Part shown: one piece after another, positions 29,775 to 38,540 of the stretch | How the letters are laid out: each line of letters starts with the position of its first letter | Numbering within the stretch: the stretch's first letter is position 1 | Source of the DNA: Acidobacteriota bacterium | Lineage (GTDB): Bacteria; Acidobacteriota; CAIWXX01 | Reading direction: 5' to 3' | DNA length: 64,000 nucleotides | NCBI GenBank assembly: GCA_016191015.1 | Contig: JACPPM010000301.1 | Span: forward strand, 5,472-69,471 | Position numbers and translations under genes: made by a program | The notes under the pieces: generated by a model | Seen by the model: the letters and a program-made list of their open reading frames with translations, nothing else | Database searches by the model: none | Told to the model about the DNA's origin: nothing

Positions 29775-30012
29775 AAAGGCCGTCCCGCCGGTCGGCTGCG
29801 AGCAGCGGGCGCAGCGGAGATGGGGCTTTCTTGGCACGAGGCCGCGTTGGGGGCGGCTGCTGTACCCATCATTCCAGCATTCCACTATTCCTCTCGCTCC
29901 GTCCACAGGTTCGCCGCGAGCCATTGATTCTCAATTGGCTATAGAGTTTCCGAGACGAGATCGCCTTTGCGCGCCCGGCGCCTTTGCGCTAGAGTTCCGC
30001 TGGGTTGTGACA

Positions 30013-30774
30013 ATGACTGACGCGCGCATATTGCGGATCGGGCGAATGCCTTACCTCAATGTCGCACCCTTCTACTTCGATCTCGAAGCCCTCCGGCCTT
30101 ACGAGATCATCATGGGCAGTCCGCTGGAACTGGGCGAGATGGCCCGCCGCGACGAGATTGACATGGGTCCGCTATCTCTGCTCGACACTCTCTCGCTTCC
30201 GGAGATGGAGCCGATCGACGACCTCGCTGTGGCGTGTGAGGGGCCGGTGGGCAGCGTTCTGCTGTTCAGCGATCGTCCTTTCGCTGATCTTGGAGCCGCG
30301 AGAATAACGGCGACGACGGAGAGCGTGACGTCCATTCGTCTCCTGGAGGTTCTCCTGCGGCGCGCAGGCATCAACGGTTTCCACCTTCAAAGGAGTGGCG
30401 AGGCCGCGGACGCCCTCCTGCTCATCGGCGATTCCGCGCTGGCCGAGGTGCGGCGCGGGGTCTGGAGTTTCGTTACTGACCTGTGCGAAGAGTGGACGCG
30501 GCTCGAGCATCTCCCGTTCGTTTTCGCTCGGTGGGTCGTTCGGATCGGGACGCCCCGCATCGATCTCATCGCGCGGACATTACAAGAATCTCTCGACAAA
30601 GGACTCTCCGACCTGCCGGCCGTCCTGAAGGCCTTCCCGTCGCCCGTCAGCAGCGATGAAGCGCGTGCCTACCTGAACGGGTTCCTGTACAGGCCGGGCA
30701 GTCGAGGGGATCAGGCCATTGCGCGATTCCAAACTCTCCTGGGGGAATATGGAAATCAGCGGGCTCCTCGATAA
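30013..30774 (+). CDS. mqnA: Chorismate dehydratase
   Basis: RIGRMPYLNVAP, GPVGSVLL, ESVTS..LL, LLIGDSAL, DL..EW....LPFVFARW. Confidence 0.9.
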   Translation: MTDARILRIGRMPYLNVAPFYFDLEALRPYEIIMGSPLELGEMARRDEIDMGPLSLLDTLSLPEMEPIDDLAVACEGPVGSVLLFSDRPFADLGAARITATTESVTSIRLLEVLLRRAGINGFHLQRSGEAADALLLIGDSALAEVRRGVWSFVTDLCEEWTRLEHLPFVFARWVVRIGTPRIDLIARTLQESLDKGLSDLPAVLKAFPSPVSSDEARAYLNGFLYRPGSRGDQAIARFQTLLGEYGNQRAPR

Positions 30775-31849
30775 AGCGGCGTCGGGAGAACGACTGACGG
30801 CTGGGGAAGCGTTGCAAACGTTCCGTTCAGCACCCCTCCTGGATCTCGCCCACGCCGCGCACGGCATCCGCAACCGGAGGGCACCCCAGGGTCAGGTGAC
30901 ATTCGTCATCGACACAAACCCCAACTACACCAACATCTGCGACACTGACTGCACGTTTTGTGCGTTCTACCGGAAGCCGGGCGACAACGAGGAAGGGTAC
31001 ACACTCACGGTCGACCAGATAGCAGCCAAGATCCAACCTGCCGTGGATGCGGGAGCATCGACGCTTCTCATGCAGGGAGGTCACAATCCGGCTCTTCCGC
31101 TCTCGTACTATATCGACCTGATCCGAGGTCTCCGCGAGCGTTTCCCGCGGCTCCATCTGCACCTGTTTTCGGCGCCCGAGGTCAGGGCCATCGCGAAGTT
31201 CTGCGCTCTCACTGTGAGGGAGGTGCTCGCCGCGTTCTGGGACGCGGGGCAGCGGACCCTGCCTGGGGGAGGAGCCGAGATCCTGACGCAACGCGTCCGC
31301 CGGAAGATCAGCCCGAAGAAGGGCGCGCCCGAGGAATGGCTCGACGTGATGCGGATCGCGCACCAGATCGGATACCGGTCGACGGCGACGATGATGTTCG
31401 GCCACGTCGAAGCCGACGAGGACATCATCGAGCATCTGGATGCCCTCCGGCGGCTGCAGGATGAGACGGGTGGTTTCATGAGCTTCATTCCCTGGAGCTT
31501 CAAGAAAGGCGACACACCTCTGTCGAGGATCGTTAAGACCGAGGTGGCGCCGGCGCGCTATCTGAGGATCCTTGCCGTCGCGAGGCTCTTTCTGGACAAC
31601 TTCGCGCACATACAGTCATCCTGGTTTTCCGAAGGGCGCAAGGCCGGGCAGCTCGGGTTGTGGTTTGGCGCGGATGATTTCGGAGGAACGATTCTCGAAG
31701 AAAATGTGCTCCGATCCGCGAAGTTCGTGAATACTACTTCTGTAGAGGAAGTGAAGATGCTGATCCGGGAAGCCGGCTTCACGCCGGCTCGGCGCAACTC
31801 ATTTTTCGAGGTCCAGGAAACGTTGAGTGTCCAAGAAGTTGGGTATTGA
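30749..31849 (+). CDS. mqnC: Cyclic dehypoxanthinyl futalosine synthase (radical SAM)
   Basis: VTFVIDTNPNYTNICDTDCTFCAFYR, MQGGHNP, STATMMFGHVE, FIPWSF, HIQSSW, EENV. Confidence 0.95.
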   Translation: MEISGLLDKAASGERLTAGEALQTFRSAPLLDLAHAAHGIRNRRAPQGQVTFVIDTNPNYTNICDTDCTFCAFYRKPGDNEEGYTLTVDQIAAKIQPAVDAGASTLLMQGGHNPALPLSYYIDLIRGLRERFPRLHLHLFSAPEVRAIAKFCALTVREVLAAFWDAGQRTLPGGGAEILTQRVRRKISPKKGAPEEWLDVMRIAHQIGYRSTATMMFGHVEADEDIIEHLDALRRLQDETGGFMSFIPWSFKKGDTPLSRIVKTEVAPARYLRILAVARLFLDNFAHIQSSWFSEGRKAGQLGLWFGADDFGGTILEENVLRSAKFVNTTSVEEVKMLIREAGFTPARRNSFFEVQETLSVQEVGY

Positions 31850-31895
31850 CATGAAATGGCAAGAACCTCGCCGGGGCGAGATCTTCCGGACTCCT

Positions 31896-31927
31896 CTCAG
31901 GAAAGCAGGAAGTGAGGAAGGCAGGAA
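31896..31927 (+). repeat. Octamer-type dispersed repeat (GCAGGAA family); inverted copy at 9289-9320
   Basis: ctcaggaaagcaggaagtgaggaaggcaggaa; preceded by ttccgga and followed nearby by (cgctctca)x2 at about 31965-31980. Confidence 0.7.
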
Positions 31928-32065
31928 AGGACCCGTCATATCGGACGCTCAGGGTGGCACGGACCGCTCTCACGCTCTCACGCTCCAGGCGCGCGAAGCG
32001 CGCCGGACGCTCTCACGCGCGGCCGGTGTTACGACGGCGGTGGTGGCCGGGGCGAGGCGCTGACA

Positions 32066-32908
32066 GTGAACGAATCGAAGGTGGTGATGCAGGCCGGATG
32101 CAGTCCCGATCCTGACGATGTTTTTATGTTCTACGGATTCGAGAAGGGCCTTGTCGAAACGCCTTTCAGGATCGAGCCGCGATACGAGGATATCCAGACG
32201 CTGAACCGCAAGGCACTTGACGGTGTGTACGAGATCTCAGCCATATCAGCCTACATGTATCCGTTTGTCTGCCACCGCTACGCCTTGCTCGCCGCCGGGG
32301 CCAGCGTCGGGAGGGGCTACGGACCGGTTATCGTGGCGAACCGCCGCTATGATGCCGACGATTTGAGGAAGCTGAGCGTGGCGATCCCGGGCAGGTTCAC
32401 AACATCGTATCTGCTCTGCCGCATGTATCTGCCGGCCTTCAAAGAGATCGAGATGCCATTCGAGGATGTCGTGCCGGCGCTGATGGACCGGGACGTGGAT
32501 TGCGCCCTTCTCATCCACGAAGCTCAGATCACCTACAGAGAGCTCGGTTTCTACAAAGTAGTCTCTCTCTACGACCTCTGGCATGGTTCCACGGGTCTCC
32601 CGCTGCCACTCGGACTCGAGGCGGTCCGATTGGCGGAGGCCGATCGCTGGGGCCGCGCGATCAACGATGCTCTCGTCCTCAGCATCGAGCTGGCGAAGCG
32701 GGACTTCGAACCCGCCATGGAGCATGCGATCTCTCATCGGCAGACCGGTCTCGCTCCCGCCCAGGGGCGGAGGTACCTGGAGATGTACGTGAACGACGAC
32801 ACCTTGGGGATGCCGGCGGACGTTCGCAAGGCCCTTGAAATGATGTACACGACGGCACACGAGCTGGGGCTGATTCCGGAAGTGCCTCCGCTCAGGATCG
32901 TGGAATGA
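32066..32908 (+). CDS. mqnD: 1,4-dihydroxy-6-naphthoate synthase
   Basis: SPDPDDVFMF, DIQTLN, GASVGRGYGP, PGRFTT, LIHEAQ, GLPLPLG, MYVN. Confidence 0.92.
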   Translation: MNESKVVMQAGCSPDPDDVFMFYGFEKGLVETPFRIEPRYEDIQTLNRKALDGVYEISAISAYMYPFVCHRYALLAAGASVGRGYGPVIVANRRYDADDLRKLSVAIPGRFTTSYLLCRMYLPAFKEIEMPFEDVVPALMDRDVDCALLIHEAQITYRELGFYKVVSLYDLWHGSTGLPLPLGLEAVRLAEADRWGRAINDALVLSIELAKRDFEPAMEHAISHRQTGLAPAQGRRYLEMYVNDDTLGMPADVRKALEMMYTTAHELGLIPEVPPLRIVE

Positions 32909-32919
32909 CGATGAATCAG

Positions 32920-33014
32920 AGTTCAAAGTTCAAAGTTCCAAGTTCAAGCCCGCGTCGATCCTGTGGGCGTGGACCTGCGGGTCCCGTTGAGCTCTGAACT
33001 TTGAACTTTGAACT
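32920..33014. repeat. Heptamer-arm inverted element, family B: (AGTTCAA)x4, 39-bp core, (TTGAACT)x4
   Basis: Arms at 32920-32947 and 32987-33014. Confidence 0.9.
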
Positions 33015-33050
33015 CATGCTGCGACACGCAGAAAGGGTTGCGTCCCGGAC

Positions 33051-34472
33051 ATGACTCGGAAGACGAAGATCGTGGCCACGATCGGCCCTGCCTCGGGGTC
33101 GCTCGAGATGCTCCTGCGCCTGATCGAGACGGGGCTTGACGTTGCGCGGCTGAACTTCTCGCACGGGACGCACGATGACCACTCACGAGTGATCGAGAAC
33201 ATCATGGAAGCGCGCCGGAGGACGGGTCGTGCGATTCCGATCTTGCAGGATCTTCAGGGTCCGAGGGTTCGGATCGGGTCCCTGGCTTCGCCTGTGGACC
33301 TGGTCCCTGGGGCGGATGTTACGATTTCGAGCAGGGATGATGCGGCCGCGCGGGGGATGATTCCGACCGACTACGACGCGCTGGGACAGGACCTCGCCGG
33401 CGGCAATCGGATTCTGATCGACGATGGCTCGATGGAGCTCAATGTGCAGTCGACTGACGGTAGGGACGTGCGATGCACGGTTGTGCGCGGCGGGCTGCTG
33501 AAGAGTCACAAGGGGATGAACTTCCCGGGGGTGCGGGTGAGCGCGCCCGCGTTGACGGCGAAGGACCTCGACGATCTCGCCTTCGGTCTCTCTCGGGGCG
33601 TCGACGCCGTGGCTCTCAGTTTCGTGGGTGTTCCTGACGACGTGACAAACCTGCAGGAGGAGATCGCGCGGCGCGGGGGCGACGCATGGGTGATAGCGAA
33701 GATCGAACGGAAGGAGGCGGTGGACTCGATCGAGGAGATCATCGAAGCTGCCGACGGGGTCATGGTGGCGCGTGGCGATCTCGGAGTCGAGCTTCCGGGG
33801 GAGACCGTGCCGTTTCTTCAGAAGATGATCATTGCCCGGTGCAACCACAACAGCACGCCTGTGATCACGGCGACGCAGATGCTGGAGTCGATGATCGGAT
33901 CGCAGCGCCCGACGCGCGCCGAGCTGACTGACGTGGCCAATGCGGTTCTCGACGGTACCGATCTCGTGATGCTCTCGGCTGAGACCTCGACAGGGAAATA
34001 CCCGGTCGAGACTGTGGCGATGATGGACCGGATCATTCGCGAGGCGGAATCGCACGGCGCCCGATCGAATCCGCCTGTGCTTCCACCGCCGGGGATGGGC
34101 GAAGACGTGTTCATGGCCGTCGCCCACGCAGCCTGTGTCCTGGCGAAGCAGGTCGGTGCCAAAGCCATCGTGCCGTTCACGCATTCCGGCAAGACTGCGC
34201 AAGCCATCTGCGCCTATCGACCGGCGGCGAGCATCGTCGCGGCCACGAGCAGCCCGCGGACACTACCGAAACTCAATCTGTTGTGGGGAACGACGGGGTT
34301 GTTGGTCGAGCCGGCGCAGGACAGCGACACGACGATGAACATGTTGGAGCAGGAGATCCTCCGGCGCGGACTGCTTTTGCCCGGAGACATCGTGGTCTTG
34401 ACGGCCGGGATACCGCTGTTCGTCAAGGCGAGGACGAACACGGTGAGAGCTCACAGAATCGGGGAGGGGTAG
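33051..34472 (+). CDS. pyk: Pyruvate kinase
   Basis: TKIVATIGPAS, ARLNFSHG, DLQGP, IAKIE, MVARGDLGVE, ATQMLESM, RPTRAE. Confidence 0.97.
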   Translation: MTRKTKIVATIGPASGSLEMLLRLIETGLDVARLNFSHGTHDDHSRVIENIMEARRRTGRAIPILQDLQGPRVRIGSLASPVDLVPGADVTISSRDDAAARGMIPTDYDALGQDLAGGNRILIDDGSMELNVQSTDGRDVRCTVVRGGLLKSHKGMNFPGVRVSAPALTAKDLDDLAFGLSRGVDAVALSFVGVPDDVTNLQEEIARRGGDAWVIAKIERKEAVDSIEEIIEAADGVMVARGDLGVELPGETVPFLQKMIIARCNHNSTPVITATQMLESMIGSQRPTRAELTDVANAVLDGTDLVMLSAETSTGKYPVETVAMMDRIIREAESHGARSNPPVLPPPGMGEDVFMAVAHAACVLAKQVGAKAIVPFTHSGKTAQAICAYRPAASIVAATSSPRTLPKLNLLWGTTGLLVEPAQDSDTTMNMLEQEILRRGLLLPGDIVVLTAGIPLFVKARTNTVRAHRIGEG

Positions 34473-34477
34473 GGCCG

Positions 34478-35122
34478 GTGATCGTCGATTCGATTCCAGT
34501 AGGGATGTTTCAGTGCAACTGCTATCTGATCGGGGATGAGAAGCGGCGGACGGGTGTGCTCATCGATCCCGGCGCTGAGGGCGACGAGATCCTCGCCATG
34601 GTTGCGAGGCATGGTGTCGAGATCACAGACATCATTGTGACCCACGCACATCTGGACCACGTCTGCGCGCTGGATCCCGTGCGCGCCGCAACGAATGCGC
34701 GCGTGCACATGAACCCGCGCGACCTGCCGCTGTTTCGTGAGGTTTCAGCGCAAGGCAAGCTCTTTGGGCTCCGCGTGGAGAAGCCTGCGGATCCCGAGAA
34801 TTCTCTGGCCCACGAGCAGAGGATCGCATGCGGCGATCTCACCCTTCGGATCATCGAGACCCCGGGCCACTCCCCGGGCAGCGTCAGCGTGCTCGTTGAG
34901 GATCAGGCCGGGATCGTGTTCACGGGAGATACGCTGTTTGCGGGGAGCATCGGGCGGACTGACCTCTGGGGCGGCTCATATGAAGAGATTATCGAGTCGA
35001 TCAAAGCGCGACTCCTGCCGCTCGGCAGAGACGTGACCGTTTATCCGGGTCACGGTTGCGCGACGACCGTGGGGGAAGAGAAGGAGAGCAATCCGTTCCT
35101 CGTACCGGGACTTGCGATCTGA
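34478..35122 (+). CDS. MBL-fold metallo-hydrolase (glyoxalase II / YcbL-like)
   Basis: NCYL, IDPG, THAHLDH, TPGHSPG, GDTLFAGSIGRTD, PGHG. Confidence 0.93.
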   Translation: MIVDSIPVGMFQCNCYLIGDEKRRTGVLIDPGAEGDEILAMVARHGVEITDIIVTHAHLDHVCALDPVRAATNARVHMNPRDLPLFREVSAQGKLFGLRVEKPADPENSLAHEQRIACGDLTLRIIETPGHSPGSVSVLVEDQAGIVFTGDTLFAGSIGRTDLWGGSYEEIIESIKARLLPLGRDVTVYPGHGCATTVGEEKESNPFLVPGLAI

Positions 35123-35171
35123 TCCTTGACCACCGTCCTGTGCTACCCGTCACATGTCGTGTCGGCCACTA

Positions 35172-35199
35172 TTGACGGAGGAGGGATTGCGGGTATCAT
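35172..35199 (+). promoter_or_regulatory. Putative sigma-70 promoter
   Basis: TTGACG-N16-TATCAT upstream of the CsgG-like gene. Confidence 0.55.
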
Positions 35200-35306
35200 A
35201 TGGATCTTGTGCACCTTGTTTTCGGTTCTGCCTGCGGAGCTCCGCGGGGTGATTGTGTTTTGGGCCGGTTGAAGGGAACTATTTAACGCTCATAGGAGGA
35301 TTCGAG

Positions 35307-36437
35307 ATGATGTCGAGGGTACGACGATCGATGGTGTTTGCGATGCCCGTCGTGGCGTGGCTTGGTGCCGGGGCTGTCAATGCGCTTGCGGGCTCGAAGC
35401 CCGCCTACGCACCACCGCCGGGGTGGAATGCGTACTTCAAGGACGACAAAGGTGAAACGAAGCCTCTCCAGCAACCTGCCGAGAAGAACAAAGACAAGGA
35501 CTGGATGTTCCTCCAGTTCACCGACTACACCGGCGTCAAGAACACGCTGGCCGTCATGCGAGTCGAAAACAAGACGGCGAACGTCGAGCAGGCAGAGAAC
35601 ACAAAGAATACGACGCTCTGGACCGGTCGCATCGCGGAGGTGCCGGTCGCGGCTATCGAGGAGCTGATGACGACGTCGCTCTTCAATACTCACCGCTATA
35701 TCCTCGTCGAGCGCAAGCAGCTCGAATCGATACTGGCGGAGCAGGACTTCGCCGCGAGCGACCGGGCTGCGAAATCCCAATCCGCTCAGACAGGCAAGAT
35801 GCCACCTGCCCAGTTCCTGATCATGGTGGCGGTGAATGAGTACACGCCTGAGAAGGGCAAGACCGGCGTGGGTGGCGGCGGGATCGGCGGCGGATTCCTC
35901 GGAGGCTTGGGCGTCAGCAAGAGTGATGCTGAAGTGTCGATGTCCTTCCGGATCGTGGATTCGAGCTCGGGCCAGGTGATCGACTCGATCACGGCCAAGG
36001 CGACGGCTGGGAGCTGGGGGCTCGGTGTCGGTGCAGGCGGCTACGGTGGCGGTGGTGCGGGCGGTGGAGCGCTGGGTATCGAGCGCAACTCGCCGATTGG
36101 GTATGCCGTGCAGTCGTGCATCAACAAGGCCGTCTACCAGATCGCGATGAAGTTGAGAGACAAGCCGTGGGCCGGCTCGGTGGTGAAAGTTTCCTCACCG
36201 GAGAAGGTCTATCTGAATTGGGGATCGAATGCCGGTCTCGCGGCCGGGATGAGCCTTCGGGCCTTGTCGAAGGGCGAAGAGTTGGTCGATCCGGAGACGG
36301 GAATGAGCCTCGGCAGCGAGACAACCGAGATCGGATCGTTGCAGATTGTCTCGGTGCAGGACAAGGTCTCAGTCGCGCGGATCACAGTCGGTTGCAAGGG
36401 CCTCAAAGCCGGCGACCGCGTTGAGCTGTCCCAGTAG
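35307..36437 (+). CDS. CsgG/HfaB-family protein with Gly-rich segments and a FlgT-C-like domain
   Basis: Signal peptide; RYILVERKQL..IL.EQ, FRIVD..SGQV; YLNWG...G...G...GEELVDPETG..LG...GDRV. Confidence 0.8.
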   Translation: MMSRVRRSMVFAMPVVAWLGAGAVNALAGSKPAYAPPPGWNAYFKDDKGETKPLQQPAEKNKDKDWMFLQFTDYTGVKNTLAVMRVENKTANVEQAENTKNTTLWTGRIAEVPVAAIEELMTTSLFNTHRYILVERKQLESILAEQDFAASDRAAKSQSAQTGKMPPAQFLIMVAVNEYTPEKGKTGVGGGGIGGGFLGGLGVSKSDAEVSMSFRIVDSSSGQVIDSITAKATAGSWGLGVGAGGYGGGGAGGGALGIERNSPIGYAVQSCINKAVYQIAMKLRDKPWAGSVVKVSSPEKVYLNWGSNAGLAAGMSLRALSKGEELVDPETGMSLGSETTEIGSLQIVSVQDKVSVARITVGCKGLKAGDRVELSQ

Positions 36438-36457
36438 TTCGTTGTCGTTCGAGGCGA

Positions 36458-36484
36458 AGGCCGGGGCGCTGGTCGCCCCGGCCT
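36458..36484. terminator. Perfect 11-bp GC hairpin between convergent genes; possible bidirectional terminator
   Basis: aggccggggcg-ctggt-cgccccggcct; no U tract. Confidence 0.55.
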
Positions 36485-36491
36485 GCCCCAC

Positions 36492-37265
36492 TCACCTCAG
36501 CACGGCTCTGGGATCTGCGCGGATCTGCTCGTAGAGGCGCGCGATAGAATCGACCGACAGGGCTTCGACCCGCAGGTCGCGATCGAGCCATCCGTAGTCG
36601 GCGGGGAGTGCTTCCTCGAAAAGACGCTTCAGGCTGTTCGAGAGCTTCTTGCGGCGCTGCGAGAAGAGCGCTTTGAGGAAGGCGGCGTAGTCGGCGGGCG
36701 CCTCGACGAGTGGCCGTTCGCGCATGCGCAGGACGATCACCGTACTGTCGACCTGCGGCTGCGGGCGGAAATGCCTGCGGTGGACATCGAACGCGCGGGC
36801 GGCGTGGGCGAACGTGGAGACCATCACGGACAGGGCCGAGTAGTTGCGGGTGCGGGGTCGCCCACAGATCCGGTCAGCGACCTCCCGCTGCACCATCAGC
36901 ACCATCCCGCTCCATCTGTGCCATTCCAGGAGGAGCCTCTCGATCAGGGGCGACGTGATCTGGTAGGGAATATTCCCGACCACGAACGATCTTGCCTCGC
37001 CAAGCTTGTCGAAATCGAAATCGAGGATGTCGCTGCGATGAAGCCTGAGGCGGGGCTCGGACGTAGACGTAGACAGGTCTTCACAAAGGCGTGGGTCGAT
37101 CTCGACGGCGTGAACCGCCGCCACTCCTCGCGTGAGCAGCTCACGAGTAAGGATGCCGCGCCCGGGCCCGATCTCCAGGACCGTTCCTGATAGATCCGCC
37201 TCATCGACGATTCGCCGGGCATACTGGGTCGAAACCAGGAAGTTCTGCCCCCATTTCCTACCCAC
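36492..37265 (-). CDS. rsmA: 16S rRNA m6,2A dimethyltransferase
   Basis: GQNFL, LEIGPGRG, VEID, GNIPYQITSP, MVQREVADR, FRPQPQVDS, FSQRRK. Confidence 0.95.
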   Translation of the reverse strand: MGRKWGQNFLVSTQYARRIVDEADLSGTVLEIGPGRGILTRELLTRGVAAVHAVEIDPRLCEDLSTSTSEPRLRLHRSDILDFDFDKLGEARSFVVGNIPYQITSPLIERLLLEWHRWSGMVLMVQREVADRICGRPRTRNYSALSVMVSTFAHAARAFDVHRRHFRPQPQVDSTVIVLRMRERPLVEAPADYAAFLKALFSQRRKKLSNSLKRLFEEALPADYGWLDRDLRVEALSVDSIARLYEQIRADPRAVLR

Positions 37266-37289
37266 GTGACCTCACCGTCGACGCGGAAG

Positions 37290-37323
37290 GCGTGGAGCCG
37301 AAGCCCTGCGCGGAGCGAAGGGG
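37290..37323 (+). repeat. Dispersed 34-bp REP-like repeat, copy 2
   Basis: 30/34 identical to 9206-9239. Confidence 0.75.
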
Positions 37324-37484
37324 CCCACAGTAACCCCGGGTACGATCAGAAAGTGAAAGGGTGAAAGACCGGAAGCGTGGAGCGATTCGGACCTGTCTCA
37401 CCCGCCCTGCGTCGGCCACGCCAGCTTCCATGGCGTGCCTACGCGCCCGATGCAAGCAGATCCTCGCAGAATCCCACGATCGCC

Positions 37485-37512
37485 TCCGGCCCTAGCCCCT
37501 AGCCCCCAGCCC
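37485..37512. repeat. Solo family C heptamer arm (CTAGCCC)x3 next to the dapF stop
   Basis: tccggc c ctagccc ctagccc ccagccc. Confidence 0.75.
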
Positions 37513-37517
37513 CTCTC

Positions 37518-38372
37518 TCAAGAGGGATCGGGCCATGCGCCGTCGAACACGATCTCGGCCGGGCCTGTGACGAAGAGTGGCTCGCCCTGGTGCCACTCGA
37601 CCAGCATGTCCCCGCCCGCCGCGTGGATCGTCACGCTCTCCCCCACAAGTCCCTGGACCATCGCGGCCGTGGCGGCAGCGGATGCTCCTGTCCCGGATGA
37701 GAGCGTCTCCCCCGCGCCGCGCTCCCAAAAGACCACGATCATCTCCTCCTTGTTCAGCACCTGGACGAACTCCACATTCGTTTTGTTCGGGAACAAGGGA
37801 TGGTTTTCGACGACGGGTCCCAGGTCGCGAACTGGGATTCCCTCGAGGGATTCGAAAAACAGAACGCAGTGTGGGTTGCCCATCGAAACGGCCGTGATGG
37901 GGAGGCTGGAATTCCCGATTGGCAGAGGGAAATTCACGACCCGATCAGTCCCATCGGGGGACTTGAAGGGGATCGAATCCGGTGCGAGGACCGGATTTCC
38001 CATGTCGGCGATGAACGAGTACCGATGGGCGTGATGGCTGAGAAGCTCCAGCTGGCACCAGCCGCTCTGCGTAGTGATCTCCACCTTCGGTGTCTTGACG
38101 AGACCGCGGTGGAAAAGGAAGGCGGCGCAGCAGCGAAGTCCATTGCCTGAGGTCTCGGCTTCCGTGCCGTCACTGTTGAAGATCCTCAGGAAGTAGGCTC
38201 CGCGCTTCGTCACATGCGGGAAGATCAAGAGCATCCCGTCAGCACCGACGCCGTAGTGCCGGTTGCAGATCTTCAGGGACATATCGGAGAAGGAATCGGT
38301 CTGAGCGGGGACGTCCTTCTCTTCGACGATGATGAAATCGTTCCCGAGTCCCTGGGCCTTGGTGAACTTCAT
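37518..38372 (-). CDS. dapF: Diaminopimelate epimerase
   Basis: FTKAQGLGNDF, GVGADG, NSDG.EAETSGNGLRC, SMGNPH, TNVEF, WERGAGETLSSGTG; both usual catalytic Cys positions read Ser. Confidence 0.9.
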   Translation of the reverse strand: MKFTKAQGLGNDFIIVEEKDVPAQTDSFSDMSLKICNRHYGVGADGMLLIFPHVTKRGAYFLRIFNSDGTEAETSGNGLRCCAAFLFHRGLVKTPKVEITTQSGWCQLELLSHHAHRYSFIADMGNPVLAPDSIPFKSPDGTDRVVNFPLPIGNSSLPITAVSMGNPHCVLFFESLEGIPVRDLGPVVENHPLFPNKTNVEFVQVLNKEEMIVVFWERGAGETLSSGTGASAAATAAMVQGLVGESVTIHAAGGDMLVEWHQGEPLFVTGPAEIVFDGAWPDPS

Positions 38373-38540
38373 GAGGTCGACATTATAGCGCAGCCGGGTG
38401 CCGGCACGGAAATTTTGTGCATCGTGGTGTCCAGGCGGGATGGTCGGCCACTTCTATCTGTCATCGGCGTCCGAGCTGTTCGCCGGAATTCGGCGCTCCA
38501 GCGCCACACGTGACCACAGCCCCTTCGCCTGCGCCCTCCT

